This document shows positions 10,901 to 22,540 of a DNA stretch of 44,834 nt, piece after piece. A program made the position numbers and the translations under genes. Source of the stretch: Nemertoderma westbladi. Its lineage: Eukaryota > Animalia > Xenacoelomorpha. Each line of letters starts with the position of its first letter. The stretch's first letter is position 1. The stretch spans positions 1 through 44,834 of the forward strand of contig JAUCBJ010007788.1 of assembly GCA_032718475.1 (NCBI GenBank). The letters are read 5' to 3'. The notes beneath the pieces were generated by a model. It searched no databases. It was not told where the DNA came from and saw only the letters and a list, made by a program, of their open reading frames with translations.

Positions 10901-12823
10901 CCTCACTGTTCCCTTTAAATGTTGGACAGTCCCTTCCAACTCTCGGACCTGTTGGGAGGAGCGTATCCGATTCTCCTTCATCTCTCCGAGGAGAATATCC
11001 ATCCCCCGCCGTCTCTCGTCTACCCAATCAACCGCCGAAACGGGATCCGCCAACGTCGTAGCGGGCAGACGAGGGACAACGGGCGACAAATTTGGAATAT
11101 TTCGCTCGGGGTCCAGGGCCTGAACTGTCTCCTGGGCAGTTCTACGGGGCACAGGTAGCTTAGTGCTATGCAGAGGGAATTTAGAGGTAGTTTCAGGGAG
11201 CACAGGTGTGTCTATCACCGAAGGGGTGATTTCAAGAACAGGCCTAATTATTTCAGGCTCATCTACTATAGTAGGGAGTCTTTCTATTTTAATTATTTGG
11301 TCTGTGGGCTCTGTACTACCTAAGTTGGTGTTATTTAGTTGCCTTCTAACAGCTGGAGGCAAATCAGGCAATTTCTGACGGTGGAATGTTCTTTTACGTC
11401 TGCTTAGACGAGATCTATTTTCTTTGCCTTCAGTATCGGTGGTATCGCCTTCCTCAGATGATGTATATCCCTGTCTTTTGGGAGTAGATCGATTCATCAT
11501 CTGCATATTACTAGCTGCTAACTGTTTATTTATGCAGTCTTGATTCTCCTGAATGTTTTCCAATTCTAATTGGGTGGTTTCTTCAGCCGCTTTCCGTTCT
11601 GCTTCTGCCACTTTTGCCTCTGCCTCTGCCGCTGCCTCTGCCGCTTTTGCCTCTGCCGCTGCCTCTGCCGCTTTTGCCTTGGCCGCTGCCTCTGCCGCTT
11701 TTGCCTTGGCCGCTGCCGCCTTTCTTTCTGCTTCTGCAGCTACCACTGCTGCTTTCTTTCTGTCTTCTATACGTTTTTTCTTTACTTGTTCTTCTTGGAC
11801 TCGTGTGATGCGGAGTTGTTCATCAAATTTAGCCTGATTCGCAGCCCTCATTTCCACATCGATGGCATCCAACACAAGCTTGGTTCCTTCACTATTAGGG
11901 CTAAGTCCCTCTAACCTTCTCCTCAACTCGTCATCACCTAAAAAACGTTGATAGTCTGACAGATAGATGTCAATGGCATCCCTCTTATGCGGTTTCTCTG
12001 CCGTCGCTTCACTTTCCACTTGGGAAAAAGTAGCGTCTGTTGATTCTCCATGGGTTGAGCGCTCCTCCAGCTGAGCTTTCCACTGAGCTGTTCCTTGAAC
12101 CTGGAGATTCACCCTTTGAAACCAAGTCTTGACGGCGACTTGCAACGACGTGTCTTGTCTTCGTTTAGAAGCCTCCTCAAAGGCCGATAAGATTAGCCTG
12201 ATTCGTAGAATTCTTTCTCTAACTTGATAAAGCAGCAATCCCTGCTCTTGAGGTCCTTGAGGTTGATGAAACAGTTGTTCTTTTAATCGCTCTATAGAGC
12301 TGAAGAATCCCTGTGCGTATCCTGCTGCGGACCTCTTCCACACAGCAGGATCGATGGTTTCCTTGGCTACTCCCATCCGGTGTATGTCTTCCCAGGCAGC
12401 TTCTGATAAATCAAACGGAAGTCCGGGTCCGGGGAAGTTCCATTGCGACTCGACAATAGACTTCAGTTCTTCACTCGTGTATCCCGCATAACTATCTCTA
12501 GTTGAACGCTGGCTTCTCGCCCAATCTATCTGGTGTTCTTCCACAGCGATCAATAACCTAGTGAGTACGGCTGCAGGAAGGATGAGAAGGGGATCTGAAT
12601 AAGCCTCATCCATCATCCTTGCTCCGCGTTCGGGTGTCAGTTCTACCGTATCTTCACTACTGGAGCTGTCGAGCTGCTGAGAAATAAGTTCTTGGCTCAC
12701 GGGTTGTTGCTGCTCCGCTGCTTCTTGGTCCCGCTTGACCTGGGCTCGAGTGCCTATGATAGACCTACGATGCTGGACCAGCCTAGGTTCTGTTATTACT
12801 ACTGGAGGGATGACTTTCCTCAC
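7952..12823 (-). CDS. BEL/Pao LTR-retrotransposon Gag-protease polyprotein lacking RT and integrase
   Basis: Capsid-like region (KFNGDEMKWLPF...EKLRFLIECLEG...RYG), three Zn knuckles (CVLCDGPHRLNAC, CYNCLRRGHQRRTC, CAKCGAKHHILLH) and aspartic protease ALLDSGS. These are followed by the Pao RNase H tail QWRYCPKKFNPTDIASRG. No YxDD or integrase motifs. The first in-frame ATG is at MMDEAYS, so the true start is uncertain. Confidence 0.9.
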   Translation of the reverse strand: MRKVIPPVVITEPRLVQHRRSIIGTRAQVKRDQEAAEQQQPVSQELISQQLDSSSSEDTVELTPERGARMMDEAYSDPLLILPAAVLTRLLIAVEEHQIDWARSQRSTRDSYAGYTSEELKSIVESQWNFPGPGLPFDLSEAAWEDIHRMGVAKETIDPAVWKRSAAGYAQGFFSSIERLKEQLFHQPQGPQEQGLLLYQVRERILRIRLILSAFEEASKRRQDTSLQVAVKTWFQRVNLQVQGTAQWKAQLEERSTHGESTDATFSQVESEATAEKPHKRDAIDIYLSDYQRFLGDDELRRRLEGLSPNSEGTKLVLDAIDVEMRAANQAKFDEQLRITRVQEEQVKKKRIEDRKKAAVVAAEAERKAAAAKAKAAEAAAKAKAAEAAAEAKAAEAAAEAEAKVAEAERKAAEETTQLELENIQENQDCINKQLAASNMQMMNRSTPKRQGYTSSEEGDTTDTEGKENRSRLSRRKRTFHRQKLPDLPPAVRRQLNNTNLGSTEPTDQIIKIERLPTIVDEPEIIRPVLEITPSVIDTPVLPETTSKFPLHSTKLPVPRRTAQETVQALDPERNIPNLSPVVPRLPATTLADPVSAVDWVDERRRGMDILLGEMKENRIRSSQQVRELEGTVQHLKGTVRESKLELQEVQQNIALERDKLVNLQKGIPPPPVIMCQPVRSEVSHAQGVEPTRIYTASEVETPIVNPIKGNYRPVDNDIPYRTDHNPRNLYTDNSILNNTMAQESFTRQMARTEARQAVKVGEIVKFNGDEMKWLPFNEYYKDNIQNSVLSNGEKLRFLIECLEGSPKSMALKFIGHPDGLRQVWDTLNIRYGNRTNIARYLYAKLMAPRKFLSSGIIEFSDEIQEICRQLDWLGKSHEYQNSMVVGALASTLPKGGVGTRWDKKVLYMMEQQQRDPTMADLMSFLDGEVKLQLLRQSREKTLENKVSDKPVSRRRVTPVCYTDDGESQTSQGEDSGKDTDRSYYVNKMPKDQVSKSKSRPNDRREPVQKTPSTSPKRIQVRKPEERTSVHHIAQVKVSNIKPKCVLCDGPHRLNACDKFLRKSLKDRREVMWDKRLCYNCLRRGHQRRTCNSDARCAKCGAKHHILLHTEFERNSPSQVSESELHVQFSDVNDTDQSEMEGFYTDEFSDQNESCYLINTTAVYRVLVHEEDTDSDLTLSTSDQQPSWKAPTSNIGIREFPVVQLRVHGPQKSYIVNALLDSGSTGTFIDKELAEDIFAGQPKFQTKLNMSGIMQVWKSTITADYYVGALSTPQDELGEHSIRSVKMVAIKNFATTQADLYNWDEDESIQHLNIPRFQTDYPGVQILIGQNAHEALETLEKRPAQPQPLQTYAVRTRVGWYLTGPSRRTLRERLLQDRVCQVSEWEDDTSEGDDPTEGTPHSSDNDNLSSNVDQWRYCPKKFNPTDIASRGATPQELTDTTDRLGEPDFLSKEDEWPPHLTPTEIRPAKGAEKVKPKTRTGGAELFEPGIDLSVLHIARDDAVDLDLPTASGSFMKIRESDWSSGTSDVSQGLSPLLQRATDHYSSWNRLCDAVIYFERCFYRHYSRTKRKPGIVFRMQRLNHPVGRLCLPEGNGGLSGNCGRQDSLPTTTSLILQTSRDSIT
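11590..11745 (-). repeat. 27-bp coding minisatellite encoding an Ala-rich (AAEAAAKAK-like) helix
   Basis: Repeated gccgctgcctctgccgcttttgcc(ttg/tct) units inside the BEL ORF. Confidence 0.85.
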
Positions 12824-14312
12824 AGTGGGAGGTGAACTGAACTTACGACCAGACGGTTCTACGTCTCTATCTGAGTCGCAGATAGTTACATCTAATATAC
12901 TGTCTGACAGGTTCTGCTTAGTATCAGATATGTTTATGTATACAGTTGAATGTCTACTGCTGTATTACAGTCTGAGCAAGTCTAGTAACTCAGTATTAAC
13001 TGCTAGCCTAGTAATTAATTACCGATACTGCTACTCAGTGTAGTAGGATATATATATAATATATTAGAACACCGGTATGCTTATGGTATATATAACTATA
13101 TAAGTATTATTACAGACTAGGTTTATCACAGAATACCGGTATAATTTTAGCACAAATATATATAAATATATAATAGGCCTATCGGGAATACCGGTATACA
13201 GTTTACAGTTTGTAGTATATATAATTCTGGACTAGAATTAATTATAAGTACCGGTATAATTTCAGCCTAAATTTATAGAAATAAAGATAATAGGCCTATC
13301 GTAAATACCGGTATATCAATTATTTTAAATAATTGAATTTCTGTATTTTAGGGTTACTTGGTTACTTTACTTACTTTACTACCGTTATTTGAGCAGTAAT
13401 CCAACTGATATTGAGACCTAATGGTTGTATGGTAGGCCTACTATTTATAAATCGTTAGATTTGATTTATAATATATATATACCCGTTTTAATGGGTTTTG
13501 TCAATGTTTGAAATAAATGTTATTATTTCTGGGGGGTAATCACTACACAAAGCGGTGCGCTTTCAATGAAGTGTTACTTATAAGACACTAAAACAAATAA
13601 TTCTAATTTACCTAAGTTACTTAATACTACAAATTACGTACGATTCGGGTTGAGATTACAATCTCTAAATAAACACAAAAATTTACAAAAACACAAAATA
13701 CGAATTTTTAGGGTAATTTTACAAGAAGTCTACAAACCAGCCTAACAAAGGGTTAGAAAACTGGTTATTACAACGGACAGGGTACTACGGTATTTGAAAT
13801 AATAAGTAGTAGTAAGTACACTGCGTTGTCCAGATAGGAAAATACCACCGCCTGACGACCTATAGCCGTATCGCTATAGGTTCTACGTTATGTATCACGG
13901 AGTGTTCCTACCTAGAAGTTAATAGAGCTAATCGAACCACTTCACTATCAACCACTTTACAACACAAATATAATGTCTACACTAATTACTTCGGAAAGTA
14001 CTGTACACTAAACCCTAAATTAGGTACGAGTACTTGTACAACAGATAATCAGTAGTTAAATATACTTGAACAGCTAAAAGAACCACGGCATCTGCTGGAG
14101 TGACCGATGCACAAAATCACCAGTCTTTACCTACGCCAAGCAGCCCGTGTAGTACCGGGGTTAATTTAACTATAGCGGTATGTATAACAAACACAATTAC
14201 TGTAGGAACAAACTTGGGGAATGAATGTTGCGGATAATCGCATAAACTCTGAATAATAAATATTACGCTACGCGTACAAACTACTCAAACAAAATGCAGA
14301 CCAAATACCGAC

Positions 14313-14829
14313 AGACTACCATCAAGCCTAAACAAACTACGGTATATGCAGACTCCGAAATGATTAGGCAGTATGCGTTCTAACCCAGTAGTACGACTTA
14401 TTCTTTAATTGGGGGTTTACCTTACCGCATTGGCTGCCCCTACTTCCTAACCGTACTTAATCGGACAGAGGCTCTACACACACTACAATCCGTTCAGACC
14501 TAATAACAGCCAGACAACTATCCAGCCTACAAATTATCTAAATAAATATTATACGCTACCTGTACGGACTTACACAAACAAAGTACAGACTAAACGATGG
14601 CAGACTACTCTCAAGCCTAAATAAACTACAGGACATGCAGACTCCGAAATGATTAGGCAGTATGCGTTCTAACTCAGTAGTACGACTTATTCTTTAATTG
14701 GGGGTTTACCTTACAGCGTTCGCTGCCCCTACTTCCTAACCGTACTCAATCGGACAGGTGATCTACACACACTGCAATCCGTTCAGACTTAACAGCAATC
14801 AGACAACAGCTCAGCCTACAAATTGTCTG
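14313..14829. repeat. Tandem duplication, ~289-bp period, upstream of the BEL ORF
   Basis: Two highly similar copies (14313-14540, 14602-14829) sharing atgcagactccgaaatgattaggcagtatgcgttctaac...gctgcccctacttcctaaccgtact. Confidence 0.9.
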
Positions 14830-15004
14830 TACAATCTGATCAGGCTTACACGCCTTCTGTTCAATACTGGCCTACAAACAAATAAAACTTGACAGAAATA
14901 AGTAAAATCTCAATAAAAAACCAGGGCTGCAGTCCCTGATTAATTATTAAGGCCTACTGGTATATAACTATCAAAATCGAATAATACTAATGTACTTATA
15001 CTGG

Positions 15005-15150
15005 AAGTACCGGTTAGGACAGTCGGGCCTACGGACCTACAGAAGTACCGGTTCTGGCAGTTGGACCTACGGACCTACAGCAGTACCGGTTCTGGCAGTT
15101 GGGCCTACTGACCTACAGATGTACCGTTCAGGTTTACCGGTTGACCGGTA
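15005..15150. repeat. Short tandem repeat (~38-bp unit, 3-4 copies)
   Basis: gtaccggttctggcagttgg(a/g)cctac(g/t)gacctacag repeated. Confidence 0.8.
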
Positions 15151-17067
15151 CTTTCAACTTTATTGCTTACTGCAATAAAGAAGCTATATCCGTTATTGTT
15201 CGCGCTTTCAGACCTTTGGCAGTTTAACCCACCAAATTAGGATGTCTTCTAGATAATAAATCGCTTTAGCCTCTAACAAGTATTTGATTCACTACACTAG
15301 TTGAAACCAATCTGTGCGCGATCATTCACCCGTTGGATATACCCGGGAGATTGATTTCGACAGCTTAATCTTATTGCTATGTAAGCCTAATGTATTATTC
15401 GACTGACAGTATTATATAATCTCTGACAATATCATTCACTTTCAGGGAATATTAATAGTTCCTTTAGGACGTGGCGCTCTATCTATATAAACAGAGTTAT
15501 GACTTAAACTACTCACAACGATATGGCTTAGTTACAATTCACATATATGGCGCATTCTTTAGGAAATGCTTCGTTATCAGTCTCACTCATACACAATGCT
15601 GCACAATACTGCACACTGATCTGCCGATCTTCACTGATTTTAGTCACATATAAAAGGAACACGGACCGAATCATGTAGGGTCTATCAAATAACATTAGAT
15701 TCACTTCAAACCACTCAACATAGGTCGCAATCATTTATCTGTAACCTTTCTCTCTTACCTTCGGTATATCAAGAATATTGGGTTTTCGGGGTTATTTGTC
15801 GTTATTCCAAATATAATAATTCATCAACCATATTATGAAGAACTGACAGTAAATAGCAGTATAACAATATAAAAGTATGCACAGTGTTACACAGTATGCA
15901 GTGTATGCAGTACTGCAGTATGCAGTATGCAGATAACGGATATATGTCCTTATAATTAAGCCTACTAGTGTAGGGCTAAAGCTGAAAACACGGAGGTGCC
16001 AAAAGCCGGTTCTTAGGCTCTGGGCAAAAACATAACACTGAACTACTGAGTTTCTGTATACACCTCCAACACAGAGACAACAAACACTCTGATTGGTCAA
16101 CCTGAACAACGAGAGAACAAAGAAACAAAGAAACGTCGAAGTGGCAATATCAGCTGCTAGCCGTCGTCATGGTAGCGACACTGTTTTCAAGAGTATCGAG
16201 CTTTTACGTCACGGAATTACGGATTATGTCCTCTAAAGTACAAATACAGAAGAAATAGCTTTTATGTCCGCTAAAACACCAGTACAGCAAGGACACGGCC
16301 TTTTTATGCCTGGTAAACCAACTACAGAGTATTTTACGGGAAAAATAAGGAAAAATAACCGGACAATTCAGCAAAAGCTTTTACAACTTTAGTTAGGAGC
16401 AATGTTTATTATTTAAAATATTCATTGATATTTATAAGAGAGCTGCCTTCTGTTAAATGCTATGCAGAGCTTAACCCTATTTGCCCACCCCCCCCCCCCC
16501 CCCCCCAGGGCCCATTTTAGAAATTTTTTGTAATTCATATGTATCCTTGAGTCACGTTTGTTGGGACAAGCAAGATTTCTTGACTTTACCTAAACGCCAT
16601 TTACATGCGCTATGCTAGTTTTCATGCTGTGGTCCCTTTCTGGCACCCATCTTCAGTATTTTTCGTGCCAAGCATATAACGGATTTTTCGATTCTGATCT
16701 CAACTATAGAACTCAAATATGTTAATTTTAAATGTGCCCCTGGGGCACGAAAAAAACAATTAGTGCAAATATGATAATAAAAAATCACCACAAAATAAAA
16801 TTGAATATATGACCATATAGACCATTTATGACCAGATCACGAATATGACACTGAAATAAATCGTACCTTGTTGATTAGGTCATTTTTAGACATGTGTCAA
16901 TTTGCGGCACGAAAAATACAATTAGCAAAATTTGATAATCAAAAATTATTATCGAATACACCTGATTTTAAGATATTATTGGTTTTCTGAGCCATCATTT
17001 GTTTATATTGATAATAATAATATTCTATATTATGATATATGTAATCTAAAAATACATTATTTTGCAG

Positions 17068-17644
17068 GTTGCACTTGTATTCCATCTACACTTTTTCATA
17101 TTCCCCCATATATTTACGATTATTACCAGTGGAAGGCGATCTGAATGAATTTAATCTACAAGGTTACAAATATGAAGATATTCTATATCCAAATACTATA
17201 ATTGATGGGAATCGTGAATTAAATATAACTATTGTGCTACACCGCCAATCTCATACAAAGATGCTCATTACCTATTTAATGCCAGCAGTTCTCGTGATGC
17301 TGAGCTGGGTGACCTTCTTCATTGATCCATTATCAGTTCCAGCAAGAGCAGCTATTGGCATGATATCAATGCTGGGGGTTTGTAATCTCCTTGTTTCTGT
17401 CATAACAATTACTGGCGATGCTTCAGAATGGTCTTATGCCGAAATTTATAATATATGTTGCGTCTGTATGGTTGCCTTGGCATTATTTTTTATGGGCATA
17501 TGTGACATGATGAGAGTTAATAAATACACTGTATTTTCCCATCAATATCAGGCTTGTAACAAAATATGTCGGATCATATTGCCGTCAATTTATCTGGTTT
17601 TTGAGATCGCGTTTTGGGTACAGTATAACAGTGAGAGCAAGTAG
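17068..17644 (+). CDS. Cys-loop ligand-gated ion channel subunit, coding exon 2 (end of ECD and M1-M4); anion-channel (GlyR/GABA-A/GluCl-like) type
   Basis: Acceptor ttttgcag|g restores the frame with exon 1 (ac+g = Thr). Motifs LHRQ...YLMP.VLVMLSWVTFFID...VPAR and four hydrophobic segments. Spliced CDS is 470+577 = 1047 nt, 348 aa. Confidence 0.9.
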
Positions 17645-17900
17645 GAATTTGAGAGATTGTTGTGTACCAAATTAAACTTCATTTCAACTTCACTTAGTTT
17701 CAACACTTACTCTTTATCTTCCCTTTCCCGATTGAAATGTCTTTTTCTTTTTAACAAGAAGCGATTTCAGAACTGATTCGTTAAATAAATGTTTATTGTT
17801 TATTATTGGTTATTATGTGTATTAATTAATTATTAAATTTTTGTATTTATTAATTTTAATAACATTTTCTCACCACCATGCAATCCACAATTGACAAACC

Positions 17901-18480
17901 CAATGCAGCATGCATTAAGAATGCTATGCATACTTACCGACAAAGTCGCACCACCACAACTCCCTATCCCCCATGACTTTCGGAAGATTATCTGCACCTT
18001 CAAGGCCAGTGTCCTTGAGGAGGCGTGTCTACGAAAGTTATGAGCTGTCCACCATGCTTATTTTCTCCATGGGGCTGCCAAAGCACAAGATTGTGCGTGC
18101 ACAGGCTGATCACACAGCAAAACAATGTCCTGCAAGGCGGAGTCGGCATTGTTCTAGTGTCAATCAATCTTGGGCAAACGAATGAGATACCTCCAATGTT
18201 GTATAGTGTCTGGTTGAAGATGTGTGCATTGTAATCGACACAGTGAACCAGATGTAGCATTCTTGGGAATGTGCCATCCAGAGATTTGGTGTCCTCAGCA
18301 GTTAGAGCCCAGAATGGATTCCCATAGAGGAGTACTGGAACTACTGCTGCTCTAAATAATCGGACCTTAAGTTTCAGATGAATTCTGTGTAAGGCTTTCA
18401 AATCCTGGAAAGGCCATTCAATGCTGTCCACGACTTTCCCTTACATATTCGAAGGTCGTCACCTGACTTCCGGATCCACA
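17901..18480 (-). mobile_element. Degenerate RTE-type LINE 3' fragment
   Basis: LKVRLFRAAVVPVLLYG...W.LT...LDG...ML and LVLWQPHG motifs; homologous to 33375-33650. Confidence 0.85.
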
Positions 18481-18773
18481 TTACTACACCACATTCAATT
18501 CATGATGGGCATCACAGGCTTACCTTAGGACATTAGTTAAAAAATATGATTGAACAATAATAGCCTGTTGATGTGGAAGATGGTAGGGAGAGACAGCCTA
18601 GAATGTTTACATTCGATTAGCATTTGTACAAGGATTGCAAGGAGGTCCCAGTGTGCCGAAAATTATTGCAATGCACTTTGGTATTGATGTGTAAGTGAAA
18701 AGGTAGTGAGTGACTGTGACATGTTGGTGAAAAGGTATTGAAAGGAATAGTTAGATGGATGGCTCTCATTGTC

Positions 18774-19670
18774 GGCTATATTGAAAAATATCGAGACATT
18801 AAAAATATCGAGAGTAAAAATAATGTGAGTAAAAATATCGAGTGTTGAAAAATAACGATAATATCGAGAGTTAAAAAAATATCAAGAGCAAAAATATCGA
18901 GAGTAAAAATATCGAGAGTAAAAGTATCGAGTGTTGAAAAATATCGAGAGTAAAAATATCGAGAGTAAAAATATTGAGTATTGAAAAATATCGAGAGTAA
19001 AATTATCGAGTGTTGAAAAATATCTTGTGTTGAAAAATATTGAGTGTTGAAAAATATCAAGAGTAACAATATCGAGCGTAACAATTTTTTTTAATAACGG
19101 TTGCATGATAATTTTTGTCCTAAAAATATTCTAGAACAAAAAAATATGTCCTAAAACAAAAATATTTATCAACATTGGTAGCTTACTAACATATTTCTTA
19201 CTCTATAATATTTATAAAAAGAAGTAGAAAATACTAGCTATTTTAAAAAATTAACAATGTGTTCTAGAACAAAAGCTAGCTAGCTAGCTAGCTCTTCATT
19301 AATAAAATAGCAAAAACTAGCTACTATAATAAATCTGGTAAATGGGTACCTAGGGTGTATTAATGTCATTTATTTGCACTTGCACTGTTGTAACCCATGC
19401 ACTGCAATATTGTCCCATAATTCTAAATAAAATGCTCACGCAAAATGCAATATTTTCTTTCACTCTCATTATTTTTCAACACTCGATATTTTTCAACACT
19501 CGATATTTTTACTCTTGATATTTTTACTCTCAATATTTTTCAACACTCGATATTTTTACTCTCGATATTTTTACTCTCGATAATTTTACTCTCGATATTT
19601 TTCAACATTCGATATTTTCAACACTCTTTATTTTCGATATTTTTCAAGTCTCGATATTTTTCACCATTAC
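18774..19670. mobile_element. Foldback-type MITE (MULE-like) with inverted arrays of 15-17-bp subrepeats
   Basis: Left array aaaaatatcgag(agt/tgttg) at 18780-19090 and the inverted array at 19470-19662. Exact 9-bp TSD ctcattgtc at 18765-18773 and 19671-19679. Confidence 0.85.
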
Positions 19671-21499
19671 CTCATTGTCTCCTTTGTGACATTCCCAACC
19701 AGGGCTATCAAATCACAACACATCAGCAGACCATAAGGAATTCAGAAATTTATATCTGATATTCCAGCTGAGTCCACATTATTGTAGAATGGAGTCACAA
19801 TGTAACTACTTCCTTCCTAAGGCGTTTGGAAATGACAAGAACTTGCATTGTATTTATTCTAATAGATTTTCAAGTCCAATGAGGAGTTCAGTCTTCCATA
19901 GAATATTGAAATGTGATTATATCATGGGAATCCATGCCCAAAAAATGATAAAGTGTTATTATGTCTCGAAGGCTGAGATATGATCCTGAGCTTAATCCTG
20001 AAGCATTCAAAAAGCATTTAGATGAAATGAATGTAACAGTGAAGGTGTTTAAAAGAGATCACGATAGAGAAACTGAAGACAACAATTACTGTAGTTTCAA
20101 CCTTAAGAAAGTGCTCAATACACTGCACCAAATTACTAGCTTATTGGTTATTAATGGTGGTTTACCTTTTACAATCAGTTTATATTCAAGTAATGGAGTA
20201 AAACAGGGATATTGCTTCATCTGGTGAGGAAAATATTGCAAAAAGGGAGTCGATCCTGTGCAAACATCTTCAGGGCCACTCTCAATCAAGTTCTATGTGA
20301 ATCCTATCAGGTTAATTTTATCCTCCAAGTTCATACTAACATGCCTGTGTTCTATACATGCCTGCATAGATAACCCATTAAAGTTGAAAGAGGAATGCAA
20401 AAGGATTTTATGATCCATATTATGTTATACAAAAATTTACTATAAAATTTACTAATATACTTCCAATTTTGTGATTGGAAAGTCTAAAGAACTACTTCAT
20501 AGCACAAATGAAAAATAGTGAACGCAAGTATGTTCCCTTGTCATATGGTTTCATAAAACCTCCATCCTTCAGCAGTTTCAATTTACCCCGGGTGGGGGTG
20601 TATATTATTATATTATTATAAAACCTCCGTTGGGAATTGAAGGTTGAAATGCACCATATAACATTTTTGAGTCTCCATTCTGCATCAACATTGGAAATTG
20701 TACCATCTTGCCCTTAAAGACATGGTCATCCGTTTAGGTTTGATTTGCCACCTTGAGCTTATTCCAGCAAACGTCCCATCTCTCTTGCAAAGTTCCGATA
20801 CCTCATGACCTTGAGTAACAAGATAATTATTCTTGCAACATTTAGGAATGAATACTAGGCTATGATTATAATGAGTCTTATCTATGATTCACTACACGAA
20901 ACTGATGGTGATGATGGGTATGGGTTTAGTTGTGTAGTTGACCTCCACTACCTTGTAGAATCCATCTTTTATCTTTTGGTGTCATCGGGTTATATATTAG
21001 ATTTTGTTTATACCTAATGCTAACAACTCTACTTCGGGCAAATTTATAAATAATTGACTTGATATGAATAGTTAACCTCAATCCATACCGATATCAGATG
21101 GTCCATTTATAACACACACAAAAATACACATTATTTTAATAAATTACTAGCAACAGATATTAACCAATCATATATGCTTGATTACTGTTGCTGTGTATTG
21201 CGTGACTTCACTCAAGCAGTTTTCCTAAATGGCCTGATTATTCTTTGTTGATAATTTTGTGTTTTGTGAAGACTATAATATTACACATCATTATTTATGC
21301 TAGATATGAGACTATAATATTGTTACTGTACACACTGTACAGGTACCAACTATACTATACTATACTGTAGCACTTCCTGTGAGGCTTGCTAAACTATGGT
21401 GTGTATGCCTGTACCTGAAGATGATATAACTATCGAAAGCACTGCATTATTTACCTACTGTACTGTATATTATTTTTTTTTAGATTTTGCATCTATCAG

Positions 21500-22540
21500 A
21501 CGGCGGGCCTCCCAGCCAAGGAATTCCTGAAGGCATTGTTTGAACTTCATTCATGCCTCATCCTGATCAGCTGTATCGAGCCTCGTCCCCAGCTGTTCAG
21601 TGACAACACTTAGCAGGCCAATCTCCTTTACATGGTGGCTGAAGCACTGCATGCTGGCAGCATAGAACACAGCTGCAAACTCATTTTCACCTATATGTAT
21701 GTTCTTACTCTCATCAAAAGTGAACGGAGCACCACGAGAATGGACTGCCCTGATGGCCAGTTGAGGCCTCCGTTTTTCTTACATTGCTCATTCCGGAACA
21801 TAATTAACTCATATGAAGGGAAGCCGGCAGCCGCAGTAATATCTTAGTGAAAATAGCCATCAATGATGGCGAGTTGACCACACTTCCCATTGATGACAAG
21901 TGTACCACACGATAGATGCTGCTGGCACATCCTCCACAATTTAAGACTAGCGATTGTTGAGAAGGATGTCCCATGTAGCTGTATGTTGGTTGAATCCACC
22001 TTGACCGGTAGGCGTGAGCCTTTGGACGATGACATTTGAATGTCGGACAAATCCTATGATAACGTGCCGTGTAGGGGGTCGGTTCCTGAATAGTTCCATG
22101 TACTCTTCAATCATCTAGAAGTCCATCAAGACCTTCATTTTTGGTAACCGAACCTACTGTGATCAGAATCACCACTTTGGCTTGTAGTTCTTCTGGTGTT
22201 ACTTTACCACAATTGTATATTCGTTTTGTATTTGTACTTTGGGAGTGTTTTTGGTACTTCCAGAGAGTACCAATATCCTTATTTCCTTTTGAAATGTTGG
22301 ATTTTCAACACAGAAAGTTTTAAGGGCGTCTGAGATCTGTCTCAGATGGACGTTTCGTTGATTAATTTCACGCTGTATTGTGGTGGTATCCATGTATGGT
22401 ATACTTGTTGGGTCATCTTTGTTGGGATAATTGTCTGACCGAAATACAAGATGGTGTTGCATCCACAAAAGCGCTTCATCCGTTGTGGTGGATAGAGCGA
22501 AGCCAGGATATATTCCAGTATATGACATTGATGAAGGTGC
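21500..22540 (-). pseudogene. Possible highly decayed LINE (RT-region) remnant
   Basis: More GC-rich than its flanks, with broken minus-strand ORFs and only weak RT-like hints. No firm motif. Confidence 0.25.

Noticed and set aside
8280-13043. Short plus-strand ORFs over the BEL ORF
   Set aside because: Antisense shadows of the long ORF and its 27-bp repeat.
6889-16365. LTR pair bounding the BEL element (tgttct... / ...ccggaca)
   Set aside because: No shared direct repeat, matching TSD or convincing PBS/PPT was found by eye.
18776-19759. ORFs with LDIF/SRYF repeats
   Set aside because: Translations of the foldback MITE arrays.
19789-20289. Short ORFs as a gene
   Set aside because: No recognisable motif or splice structure; possibly TE debris.
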